DNA of 64,000 bases, from contig JAQGDQ010000138.1 in NCBI GenBank assembly GCA_030141605.1, forward strand, positions 62,001 to 126,000, written 5' to 3'. Made by a program: the position numbers and the translations under genes. The notes beneath the pieces are model-generated. The model did no database searches. It was given only the letters and a program-made list of their open reading frames with translations, and was not told the DNA's origin. Below are positions 24,693-36,908 of the stretch, piece by piece. This stretch comes from Tubiluchus corallicola. Taxonomy: Eukaryota; Animalia; Priapulida. Positions within the stretch are counted from its first letter, which is position 1; each line of letters begins with the position of its first letter.

Positions 24693-26521
24693 CTAAAACT
24701 TGAAGTCGAAGCTCAGACAGGCAAACAGAGAAAACAACGACGGAGGTAAGTTCCCATTGCGCTGTAACGCTTTCATTAACTATCATGCTTTCACATCTGA
24801 AAACTAACTGCTAACCTTCTGTGTTACCACAGGTGTATGACAAAACACAAAATAATGATCCCATGAATGTATATTGTAGATTACCTCGCACAACTTGTCT
24901 GTATTACAATAAAAAACAACTATTTACGTTGTTTAGCTTTGATATTATAATAGATGCTGCTTATTTAAGGTGCTTTTCTTCTGCAAATGCTCAAACAAAG
25001 GTAAAAAAACGTTCTGTTTTTCTGTGAAAATGCTGTATTTTGCCTTAACTGATTCGTGAGACACTGTCGAAGAGACAAATTTTGCTAATAAAATTATTTT
25101 TAAATGTATACTAATACAAGCTACACGTTGTAGAATTTCTGAGTAAATAGCTTAATAGTGATGTCTGTTAAATAAAGGCTTCCATTATGTTCACCTCAAT
25201 GATGGCTTACATAGACTAAAAACCGTTTGGTACAACAAGGTGTAATAATAACAAAAGAAAGTTTATGGTAATTACATAGGTTTTACCATAATTTAAAAAA
25301 TAAGTTAAGAAAAATCAACTAATAGTTTTAACGAGATTGGTTTGTGACGTAAATGTTCAATTCGTATATGGCAAAGTGCATATTGTCATCATTATAATCA
25401 CCATAGTCATCGTCGTCGTGGACGTCATGTGCAATTAGATTAAATATCTCAAACATTATAAAAAGCTGGAAGACAAACTTCCTAAACTCACGTAACTTAC
25501 ATATGTAATCTTCTTACAATTCAATTAACCAAGAGAGACCCCCATATAGGGTAAGGACTTGCAGAATGATATTTAGTTTGTGTATTTATGCACAGCACTA
25601 TCAACACCAAAGCATGAGTCAACCTTGGTCAAAGAGCAATGAGTTTGTTCATTGTGCTGTTAATCGTTATGCAGCATGTTCATAATTTTTGTTATGATGC
25701 AACATTAATACAGCGAGTCAGGATTTTTTCTGCTGTATCTTTGATCGACTGGCCCAACTTTCTGTAGACTTGTTCCCGAATAAAATTTCTCTGGTCGCTT
25801 TGAGAACATGCAACTACGAATTAGCAACTTTCAACAAGAAAGCGGCTGGTCAACAACCAACAACCTGTAAATCAGTTCCTCACTTCACGTGCAATTTCCT
25901 AATATGCACTTTACAAGTGTCAATTACACGATAGCAAACAGGAGCGTTTTAATTAAAATCTGGAGAACTGTGGACGCTGTCCTCCTCCTCCTCCTCAAGA
26001 AGCCACGTTACATTTCCATTGACAAAACACCATATTGCTGTGAATAATGCTACTTCGCAACCAAGAGTTTTTTGAATAATTGTTTTATGCGACAACGGGA
26101 TTCTCTACAAGGACATGTAGGGACTAGTAATGAAATGTGGATAGTTAAGATAAATGCAGCAACAGTAAAGAAAAGACGTACTGACACCTTTTTCTATGTG
26201 CGCTAGAGGAAAAACCATGTAAAAAGATATTTTGTCTGTTGCTAAAAAAGAAAAGCCATGACAGGAAGGCATTTAGCCTACAACAGGGTTGTGAACAGCT
26301 TCTTTTTAACATCATCGTGACAGATCAGTTCAGTGAAATACAAACGTGACACATGGGTATTTCACCTAACTGTTAAGTTTATTTCTTTAATTGTTGCGTT
26401 TTTGTCTTTACTAAAACTACCAGTGCCTGCGGTTTTTCAGCATCTTATTTTTGGCTTTTCAACAAATTAATCTTTTTATTGTGACTAAAGTGACTCTCTT
26501 TTTTCCTTTCTCAAGTTAACC

Positions 26522-27577
26522 ATGCAAGTTTCTTATAACTTTGAAACGCCCAGAGCAAATGAGTGTTACAGCAATTGCGATGAATATTTGTATACATTTA
26601 TAGGTATAATATCACCCATTTTCTCAGGAATAACATTAGTGGGAAACTGCATTAATGTGATAGTGTTTAAATCTGGATTGACACCTAAATCATCCATAAA
26701 TGTCTTGCTGTTGGGTTTGGCTGTGACAGAAGGCATTGAGGGTGCTGCGTTTCTCGTGGACAAAATACTTGTGGTAAATTGCCTGCACTGCAGGAATAAT
26801 ACGATTTTTGTTATCACCAAGGTAGGTGATATGTCATTTTATTCATCAAACTGGATAGTGGTATTCATATCTCTGTTTCGCTGTATTGCCATAACAATAC
26901 CTTTACACCTCAAACACTTATGCACCGTTCGTAGAACCCGCATTGTAATCTGTGCATGTGTTATCTGCAACATCATTAGAGAACTACCATACTTCATTCA
27001 GTTTTTCGTTTATCCTTTTGACGAAGATGAACGCATCTTAGAAACGATTAACCAAGTGGTTGGTCGAATAATACCATGCTTTATCGTGTTAGTATTGACT
27101 GCCATATCCGTGTTTAGTGTTACAACTCAGGATCCTCATTTAATCAGGCACACAATGGATCCTCGTTGCGATGATAAAAAAGTAGCAAGAATGTTGTTTA
27201 TTTTGACTGCCATATTTTTCACAACAAACGTATACTGCGCAATTGCACTCCTTTTGCCTATTTATGGAAAAAAAGTGGCACCGCAGGTAGAACTATCTAC
27301 CTCCATTGTATTCGGTTTTAACTCATCAGTTAATGTGTTTCTCTACTTTATCATGGCGCCAATGTTCCGTACTGTTTTATGTTCAATTGTGAAAAGTAAA
27401 TGCAAGGCCATGAAAAACTGCATTAAATGCAATCACGAATCTCTTCTAGTAATACCTGTTTTTAATGCAAATGGAAATCAAATCACGGATAAGCAGCTAA
27501 AAGACAGTAAAGGCAGTGGTTCCATTGCGTCTGTAACGCTTTCACTAACTGTCAGACTTTCACAATCTGAAAATTGA
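26522..27577 (+). CDS. Class A 7TM GPCR, copy 2 (351 aa), tandem paralog
   Basis: About 25 aa differences from copy 1 over 308 aligned residues; same motifs; acceptor ttttcctttctcaag just upstream; longer Ser/Thr-rich C-tail. Confidence 0.9.
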   Translation: MQVSYNFETPRANECYSNCDEYLYTFIGIISPIFSGITLVGNCINVIVFKSGLTPKSSINVLLLGLAVTEGIEGAAFLVDKILVVNCLHCRNNTIFVITKVGDMSFYSSNWIVVFISLFRCIAITIPLHLKHLCTVRRTRIVICACVICNIIRELPYFIQFFVYPFDEDERILETINQVVGRIIPCFIVLVLTAISVFSVTTQDPHLIRHTMDPRCDDKKVARMLFILTAIFFTTNVYCAIALLLPIYGKKVAPQVELSTSIVFGFNSSVNVFLYFIMAPMFRTVLCSIVKSKCKAMKNCIKCNHESLLVIPVFNANGNQITDKQLKDSKGSGSIASVTLSLTVRLSQSEN

Positions 27578-27611
27578 TTGCTAACCTCTTCTGTTACAAT
27601 AAGTGCGCGTC

Positions 27612-27812
27612 AAAACAACAACACATCATCATTATCATCGTCGTCGCCGTCATCATCAACATCATCACCATCATCAAGTAGCAGCAACAGTAGCGGCAAC
27701 GGGAACGACGACAAAAATGACAACAACAACAGAGCATCATCATCATCATCAACAACAGCAACAACAACGTGGTGAACCGCGGCGATGGCGATGGCGACGA
27801 CAACGACAACAG
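27612..27812. repeat. Compound trinucleotide microsatellite (AAC/ATC/GTC/GAC)
   Basis: Direct reading; explains the four low-complexity ORFs here. Confidence 0.85.
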
Positions 27813-29899
27813 GAAATTGAGCGTCATAACCATATATAATTCCCGTTAGCATAAACTTGCCTGCATTAAAGCTGTAACAAAGGAGTTTATTTCTGATATA
27901 TATACTTTTATTTTAATAGGGGTATTATATCATTGTAAAAAATTGGGTAATTATTGTTTGTGAATCCCCGCCTGCACACTAAGATGAAAAGACACTTCGT
28001 CAAATTGGCATTACAGGTGCAGAAAAAGCAATGTAGGCTAGTGCAATGAGAAGCTACGTTTCAATGCAATGCCGACAGGTGTTTGAAAAGACGAGTTTTA
28101 CTATTGGCAGTATCGCATTATGTCAGTGAACAATAGGTTATAGCTTCGCTAATTGTGAACTAGATCAAAGCAATATGAAAACGCGATACATAAGCAATTC
28201 ATCAAAGATTTGAGGGTCGAAAAATAGCCACTTCCTGACTGCTGACTAGCACGACTAGAAAATGAAATTAATAATAGTGGTGGGCCACTTGAAATGCACA
28301 AGCACTGCCATGACGATATGATCAATGTAAACATGTTAATTTTGTTCCTGGTAGCATAGTAACGAGTAATGAAAGATGCTATGTGATTATACCTTAATCT
28401 TAACCAGTAATGGAAAACAAAAATTCAGAAAACATTTCTGACATTTCTGCAGACAATCTGTCATTTGCTCTTTTGGATACAAATAAGCTGTTTGTACTTA
28501 AAAATACTGAAAACTTTTAGTAATGATTGCCATTAGGAAAAAAAGTTGCGCTCACCTGCTCCAGAACTACCTTGCAATGATATTATAGTATAAAGCGGTA
28601 TAATATAAAGTTTAACTCGTTATGTACAAAAATGTCTTTATGCCAATTCATTATAATGTTATTTTATATCAGATATTTTAGATAAGCACAATCGGTTATC
28701 AACGGGGACGATTATTTCAGCTTCCTGCCATAGATAAACAACCTTAAAACTGATACTAGTTTTTAAAGCTGTTCATTGCTCGGTGGAGCCACTGAACAGT
28801 AATTTCAGTTTAAGCAAAAAATGAACTTCGTCCGCATTGACAGAGTATACCAACATTACCAACCCTGGGCTCGGACCTCAGCTTTGTAAACAGGTTTTAA
28901 ATAAAAGTGGATATTAAATCAGTTTTAGAACAAACAGTAGTTATAGTCTAATATTGCCTGTATGTTTTTTATGCCCACTAGGCTCGTCACAACAGTCCAC
29001 ATTAAATATCTACTGCTGTGCTGGATTCCGGCTTGCAGTTTCAATTCAATTCGATGTTTTATTTTAGTTTTTTTTAAAAACGAACTGTAGCACAAACTAT
29101 ACATATACACAGAAATAAAAAAATAGTAAAATGTTCTAAATAATGCGAATTCATTTACATGCAGATTTGAAACAATAAAGATAAGAGTTGGAACTAGTTT
29201 GGATTATCTTACACGCGTCGAGATAAAAATAATTAGACCTTAAAGTTTAGATGGCACATCCAACGATGTGAGCTTACAGTAGAATACAGATTCACTACGC
29301 AAAATATGGTTCCAACATCGAGTGATTGTCGAGTTTTCTCTAATATCCAAAAGCTGTAAAAAATTGCATAGGCCTATTGCCAAATTATTAATACCTTCCA
29401 AACATTGAGACTAACCAAAGATATTGTCTTTCGTATGATTATTATTAAGATGAGACAGAAAGTTCCACGCACGCGTGAACGAATTTATTTATACCATTTA
29501 TTCGTACTCTTGAGGTATAATCCCTACAGAAAATAACAACAAATTTAACTATAAGAAAAAGGAAAAACGTGAGACAAATTACAATATAAATTAGTTCAGG
29601 CTGTACGTAGTAAAAAAGTGTTAATTTGTTAAACAACAGGGAAACTCATTGCGGCATTTCATGTAATAAACAAGTCATAGTGGTCTCAGCTAATAGCCAG
29701 ACACTTCATACACTTAAAATTTCATGCAATTTGACCTCCTGATGATATAAAAATACTTGTCTTGTATAACCCACTATACATTAATTCTAGTAATAACGGT
29801 AATATACACCAGCTAATTGTGAAAGATACTGAGAGTACTTTGACTATAATCGTGATGAAAAGCACTACTTTTGATATAAACTGGTGGCAAGAACAATAA

Positions 29900-30400
29900 A
29901 TTCCATACTGGTTAGAAATTTACACTAATTAACTTATACCCCAAAATTGAAGAGAAACAATACTGAGCTTTCTGAGCAAAATAACGAATAATACGATTAC
30001 TATTATTTAAACATTTAAAATAAAACTTTATAAATAGCTTCTGAGAACTGTTACATTTAGCTAATGTGTTTATACTAATATGCTTAGCTAATAAATCATT
30101 ATGGTCATCGAGATTAGAAGTTGACATACGACCGAGATGAGTGACTTTGTTACAGAATTGCATAGCAGTCCTCAATTAAGATTAAAGGATTTTGATAATT
30201 TATTTGATATTTGCGATTAGAAAAGATACATTTACTTTTCACTTTATTTCCCTGTACATTGCACAAATTGATAGCAAAAAATTCTAGCAGTCATCCCATG
30301 TAGGAACCATACGTTGTAGAGCTCTTACGCTAGGAGGAATGAGTGAACATCCTACGCTCAGAAATACATTTACTATTGTTCAGCTTTTAATGCAACAAAA
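29900..30400 (-). mobile_element. Decayed LINE fragment (same family as 30600-32020)
   Basis: LIPPSVRALQRM, MQFCNKVTHLGRMSTSNLDD and NNSNRIIRYFA mirror ASNIRALQAM, FYDKVLHLGTTLTSNLSD and NSSNTLANFFA of the plus-strand copy. Confidence 0.65.
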
Positions 30401-30589
30401 ATCGTAAGTGTGGAATAGCCATTTCGCGCTTTTTAACTATATTTTAATAAGTTAAAAAGAATTTCGAACAATAAAAAAATATTTGGAGAACTTAGTAGTG
30501 CGAAATGATATTTTCAAATATTAACTTTAGGAATATCAGACAAGTGTGCACGTATTTGCTAATTCTCTGTAAATATGAAACTGTATCGA

Positions 30590-32018
30590 GTACTTAAATC
30601 TAAGATATCCACTACCATGTGAACCATGATATTAAATGAAACCGCTAAATATTACCTGTAAAATGGCTCTATAGTTTATTGTGCTTTACTTGACGCTTCT
30701 AAAGGATTCGATAAAGCAAATTACTGTAAATTATTCAAACTTCTACTTTAGAAAAATCTTCCTGCTAATATAATCAAATTTTTATGTATACGAAATATGT
30801 ATACCAAATCTAGATTTTTTTACTTGTAGGAACGGGGTAAGATAGGGTGCTGTCTTGTCCCCAATTTTATTTGGCGTGTACTTAGATGGACTGTTATGTC
30901 AACTGCGAGATTCTAAAATTGGATGTATGGTGAGTAACAGGTACTGTGGCAGTGTCGCATATGCTGACGACGTAATTCTGTTGGCTTCGAACATACGGGC
31001 TCTCCAGGCCATGTTAAAAATTTGTGAAGAGTATGCCAGAAATTATGATATTGATTTCGTAAACATAAGTCGTCACAAAATAGGGAGCAAATGTATAATT
31101 TTCTACTCTCATAAGAATGTTCCCCACACCTTACATTCCACAGTAAAACTCAAAAACACATCGATGTCTTTTTACGACAAAGTGCTGCACCTTGGCACAA
31201 CTCTGACATCTAATTTGTCGGATAATGCTGAAATTCTATGTAATCGTGGAGATTTCATTTATCGTGCAAACAGTGTTATATTTATATGTGACGTCTCGTT
31301 TCTTAATAGCTGTATTAAGACTAAAATATTTCGAATGTACTGTCATAGCTTTCATGGCTCGCAAATATGGAAGCTTGATAACACTCTTATTAATAACATT
31401 GATACCTCCTGGAGCATAGGCGTACGTAAATTTTGGCATTTGCCATACCAAACTCATAGGTTTTTGTTACCTCATTTATCTGGTGTGCTTCGTCCAAGTA
31501 CCCAATTTGAAATCAAATTTGTAGAATTATTTGTCTCGAGTATTAATAGCAGTAATACGCTTGCGAACTTTTTTGCGAGAAATGCAGAATAGTCTGTGCA
31601 GGCAACATTGGGTTACAATCTGCAATTTCTTAAATGTAAATATAATGATAACTGTAACAAATGTGATCATTTAAAAATTAAAAGATTCATATGTAAGAAA
31701 GCTAGAGAACTCACGGGGCTCATAGCCTCACTCTTTCATTTGTTAAAGATGTTTTAAGTGACTTAACCAGAAGCGATTTTTCCTTTTTAGACAATCTGCA
31801 AATTCATGACATTCTACAATATTTATGTTGCGAATAATTTGTGATTCTGTAATGTAAAATCAAAGTCAATATCGTATATGCAAGTTTTATTTTATTTGTG
31901 TAAAGGTATGAGTTTTTTTAACTACTAACCGACATTGTTTATTTATTTATTTATACAGTTAACCGAATGAATGTATTGTATTTATAATAATTTGAAATAA
32001 ATCGTATATATATATATA
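30590..32018 (+). mobile_element. 5'-truncated decayed LINE RT (RTE-X-like, tentative)
   Basis: YCALLDASKGFDK, GAVLSPILFGVYLD, AYADD, C-terminal WSIGVRKFWHLPYQTH; aataaa plus (TA)n tail at 31996-32018; stops and frameshifts. Confidence 0.85.
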
Positions 32019-32295
32019 ATAACACAAAATAAATGCTAATTTGCAAAATCAAAATTATATGCAGTTTGCAAATGGTCACATTTAATATATAATATAATTT
32101 GTGAAATGGTCAAAATAAAGCCATGAAAATAAATATTATGGAACCGAGAAACAAAAATAAAGTCATTATAGAGATGATAATGATTATCATTACATCAAGG
32201 CAGTAACTTATAACCAACACTACAACTTGCTTAATAAAATATAATACTTAGTACGAAGGACCAAAAGCACTTCTGTATTTGCTTTCTTTCTGTTG

Positions 32296-32441
32296 TTACC
32301 ATCCATACCCTCCTTGGTTACCAAATGTCGGGCCGCCAAGTCCTTCTCGCGTGCCATATCCTCCCCCTTTTGCTTGTTTTTTTCTTCTTTCTGTGTTGTA
32401 ACCAGGTGAGTCGATGTAGTGAACAATCAACTTGGTTATAC
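32296..32441 (-). CDS. Putative terminal exon of acidic short collagen: RRKK plus Gly/Tyr-rich tail
   Basis: Acceptor aatattttatag, phase 1 completes a Gly (GIT); GC-richer than its flanks; TAA at 32298-32296; ATTAAA at 32086-32081. Confidence 0.6.
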
Positions 32442-35400
32442 CTATAAAATATTGAGAGTTTTCAGATTTTGAAAAAATATGGCAAGAATAAATGGACTCG
32501 CAAAATAAAAGTGTTACTTAAGCTCTACAAATGACAAACACATAAAATTAGGCAATCGGGCTTCTAGTCTGCAAAAATAAAAATCTGTGAATCGAATAAA
32601 GTCGAATCACTTTGACATGAAAAGGATGCCCTACTGTTATTATAGCACCTAATAACAATAAATTTTCCTGAGAAGCGGTACCAGGTTTTAAGAGTGTAAA
32701 TTAAAAAAACTACAGCTAACCGGCCTCAAAGCCTTTAGGACCGCCAGCTTTACCCCCAACGATGAAGTTGAAATTTGAAATTGTGAACTTAAAATTTGCC
32801 GGCTTTTTGTGCTTTATTGCCAATGTAAATTCGCATTGGAACCTACTTTTATTCAAATCTCAATGATGATGATTAGTATGCTACTTTATGGTGTGTGCAT
32901 GTTTGCCAAAATTTTACAATTAGTACGCATGTTGACCTAAATTAGAGATGTTTGATAAGACCAAAATCCGAGTGTTTCGCTCGTATTTATTTATTATTTA
33001 CTCGTACGTAAATGTACATTAAAAACAGATACATTAGTAATATTTACAAAAAAAACATTACACTCAAAATTGTACAACGAAAAAGCAAATACAATAAAGA
33101 AATAAAAAATGACAATATTAGCTTTCAAATTTTTACTCAATAAACGCTATAAAATTATTTGTATGTATTTAGTTCTCCATAATTAATGTTAAAATTTCAT
33201 TTAATCCATTCATGTTATAAGAGAAATCTCTTGCTTCTATTGTGTTTACAATGTCAACGGCCAAAGATACTTTACATATTTGATTTTCAGTTAAATTGCA
33301 TTCCTCTTTAAAAATGTGCGATCTTCCTTGTTTTGGCTTAGATATCATCAGTTTAAAATGTAACATTATAACATTGCAATGGTGGGGCAGAAAATACCTA
33401 TGTGATTTTCTTGGAAGTTTCCATGACTGTCTCACAGCTATTTTCCACACGGTATCAAGTGACGTTAATTGGGGGTCATTACATTTTCAATACTGAGAAC
33501 CATAAAAACTATGATAATAACTCTGAAATTATTTTTTCTCTTAAACTTTGATAGAGCCAAGAGAAATTAGCAATTACATTGTTCGTTCTGTAAATAAAAT
33601 TATTACATTTACTCATAATACAAACTGTATCAGTCATGTTATAATTCAGTGAACAGCCAAGATGATCAACTTTATTGCACCAAATAAGTGGATGTCCGTC
33701 AAGAATTATACGAGGCGTATCATTGTAGATGCATACTGAGTTTTTTTAAAAAACAGTGCATTTGCTCTTAATCTTATTACGTTGTATGTTAACACATGTG
33801 ATACTACATTTACAAGCATAAGCCTCACATATTTTAACATTTCTGTCGAAAATCCGCTTTAAACCAAGCCTGGCTTCTTTGGTGGCCTTACAATATTATT
33901 TAGATCGTATGTGACGTTCATGCATGTGTAACCATGCGTTTAGTTAACCTTGCCTATAAAAAGGAAGTGTCACCACTGATCGGTGACCACCTATCAGCAG
34001 GTACCACAAAGGGTGGTCCCCTTTTTCTTGTTTTTATATAGGTCTGTATGTGAGATTATTCATTTAAAGTGCTGTGAATTATATGATTATTTTTGGTATG
34101 ATTTATAACTTGATTTGAAATGTAAAGTGTAACGGTTAAATTAGAATTTTGTTAATAAAGTGTCCTATTAGTGTGGCCACAATTTATACAAATCGTTATG
34201 CTTCTCTAATGACTATTTTTGACTGGATTATTTTCACAGCACAATTAATACAAAATCACAGGTAAGAGCAAGTGAATCAATACCCACTAAGGTTTAAGCG
34301 TAATGCAACTTTTCTGACTGCAATAAATTAGACATAACAGACATAGACATAGAATAATAGTGTTAACAGTGCACGATCAGGACAGGTTCTCTCCCTGTCT
34401 TTAAAGCTATTTGGTATCAAATTCAATTTTTTCGATAATTGCATAACTCCATTTGTAATACAGTAGGCGCCGCTTAAAAGACTCAGTCGCTTAATTGACT
34501 CAAAAACTCCCCTGGTACGGGCCGCTTTTTCAAAGGTACATAACAAGGATCGGTAATTGACTCAAACAATTCCGTATAATTGACTCAATATTTTTCCTTC
34601 AAGCACTTAAAATAAGACATTTGTATGTGCCCAAAGGGTCTTTCCTACTTTCATGTCATCTTTACTTCGCTTTTGTGCACTATGTATGCAGAAACAATCA
34701 CGATAAATACTATTTTGTTTGTAAGCAGGTACATTTCGTTTATCATGCGCTAACACGCTAACCGTAGCGGTTTTGCTTTGAATCTGTTACCCGCTCGCCC
34801 ACTGCGATTAACCGCCTTACCCAAGAATTTCTGGAAGCTAAACATTTAATCATTTATCTAGCGGTTTCCTTTTGAATTGTGATTTAGAAAAGTATACGTT
34901 TTTTAATTTATAGATAATTCATTTATATAAATTAATATTTTAAAATGTTTTTTTAAATTTTTAACTGCACAAAGGAATTTAGGCATTACTTCGTTTTTAA
35001 AATTCATTAAAAACATTTGCAGTGAATACTAAGCTCACCCATACTTCTAAACCAGTAATATGACACCCATCGGATAATATGTTCAGTCAGTTAATTGGGT
35101 CAAACACTTCCGTCCCAAAGTGGGTCTATTAAGCGGCGCATACTGTAGTAAAAGTAGAAGAGGATTTACCACCCCAATTGAGATTCTGTGTGGTATACAT
35201 GTGCAACAATAATCTGATAATCAATGGAGAAACATTACGTTTGATAAGAAGTGAAAACAATTTACAGAAATTAACTTTATCAGGTTTCGAAGCGTCAAGT
35301 AAGCAACAATACACAGCTGAATCATGATTATTATAATACTCTACAGTTTCTTTTAAAACCATCGTGCACATAGATCTGGATGTTTTCTTTTTAAAACCGA

Positions 35401-36775
35401 ATTGGTGGTCAGAACTGGATATCAGATTTTCGTATTTTATTATAATCATCCAGTCGAGCAGTTTCCCAATGGGTGAAAGCAATGCAATACCACGGTAATT
35501 TGCTACGTAAATCGCCTCGCTGATCTTTGGGAATGCCGCAGATATTAGAGAATTGTAAATCATCAGGGGCAATACCATGAATTAGCATCATGTTCAATAA
35601 GAGACATAAGTGTACAAAAAATCTAAAGGGGCGTGTATTAAGTACCTTGAATTAAATATTATGAATTGGGTACCTTACTTAAGTTACTTTTATAATCTTG
35701 CAAGGCAACGCAAGTTATCAAAATGTTGCACAAACCTTATCAGATCTTGCACAAACGTCTGGATACTTCTATTGTGTACATTCTGTAACTGTCACTGCCA
35801 AATTCTAAATTGTGTGATTTGTGATTTGCTTAAGGGTGTAAGACAATGACTTCAAAAACACATTGTGTGATTGACCCAGTCATTTTTTGGCAAACCAAAC
35901 CACTGTTCAAATTAAGAGTTACGAAATGAGTCTCAGCAGGCTACTGGACTTGAACGAACTGCTCGCAGGTGTGTCAGCAATTATTTTCGTATTTAATGAA
36001 AACTCGTCGCCGGATGAGCTCATCAAACACACGCCATTAATGTAAATGCTCAATTATTTGAATGAAATTAGCTTCCCAAACTGCGCTAGACGTTTAAACT
36101 CTCAAGTTTCTTATATTTAACTAACACTCATTGATCATCTTTGTAAGAAACATTTCTCAGCGATTATCAATGTACTTCAACGGTAAATAAAGACCATATA
36201 GGCCTATATGCATATGGACGTGTGCAATAGGAAGGAAAGCCATTCCCAATTCTAGTTTATTACAATTGTAGGCATAGTTCATTCCCAATTATGACAGTTA
36301 CTAATTAAAACCCTTTTAAAAACCGAGGAACACCATTGTGGATCTGTGACTAGAAATGAAATATTTTATAAATTATAATCGCGAACGATTCTATAGTCGT
36401 GAATCAAACAAAGCCGGAAAAATTGCCAGTTACAATGTCATTACTATCACGGATACTAGGACGTCATATCCAGTGCTTAATTGCATGGCAACAAAAAATA
36501 AACTAAAGTGTGCAAAATAAGATTTGTTAGTACGTCACAAAATAAATATAACCTAGAATAAGCTGCCAATTGAAACTGACGATAACGAATATTCCAGACG
36601 TTTTTCCACTGACTGAAACAGTCAACGTCGCACTAAAAATGCTAAGACTAGTAAGAATCATACTGAATCACCATCAATCTCCAAAGTTGGCCAATTGTGA
36701 CGCCCTACATACGGAAACTAACAAAAGTCACAAGGCCAAGGCAGTAAAAAGGCATTCTGTGCCCAGTGAGCTCTC

Positions 36776-36810
<35 letters not shown>

Positions 36811-36877
36811 TATAGTTTACCATTTATAGTTTATACATGTTATACATATACACATATGTGTTATGTAATATATGCAT

Positions 36878-36908
<31 letters not shown>

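Larger units (their letters stand above)
32985..35850 (-). mobile_element. Decayed LINE (RTE-X-like) in intron 2 of the collagen-like gene, interrupted by two insertions
   Basis: NYRGIALLSPIGKLLD, HQFGFKK, YCCLLDASK, SSTFT|ITNGV, WKIAVRQSWKLPRKSH; minus-strand aataaa repeats near 32985-33000. Confidence 0.85.

Noticed and set aside
32220-32426. 68-aa minus-strand ORF in the track
   Set aside because: Alternative frame over the putative collagen-gene terminal exon; the phase-1 frame gives the coherent Gly-rich product.
35020-35080. GCHITG-like RT motif continuing the LINE
   Set aside because: Falls inside the TA-flanked MITE; the LINE frame resumes at 34460.
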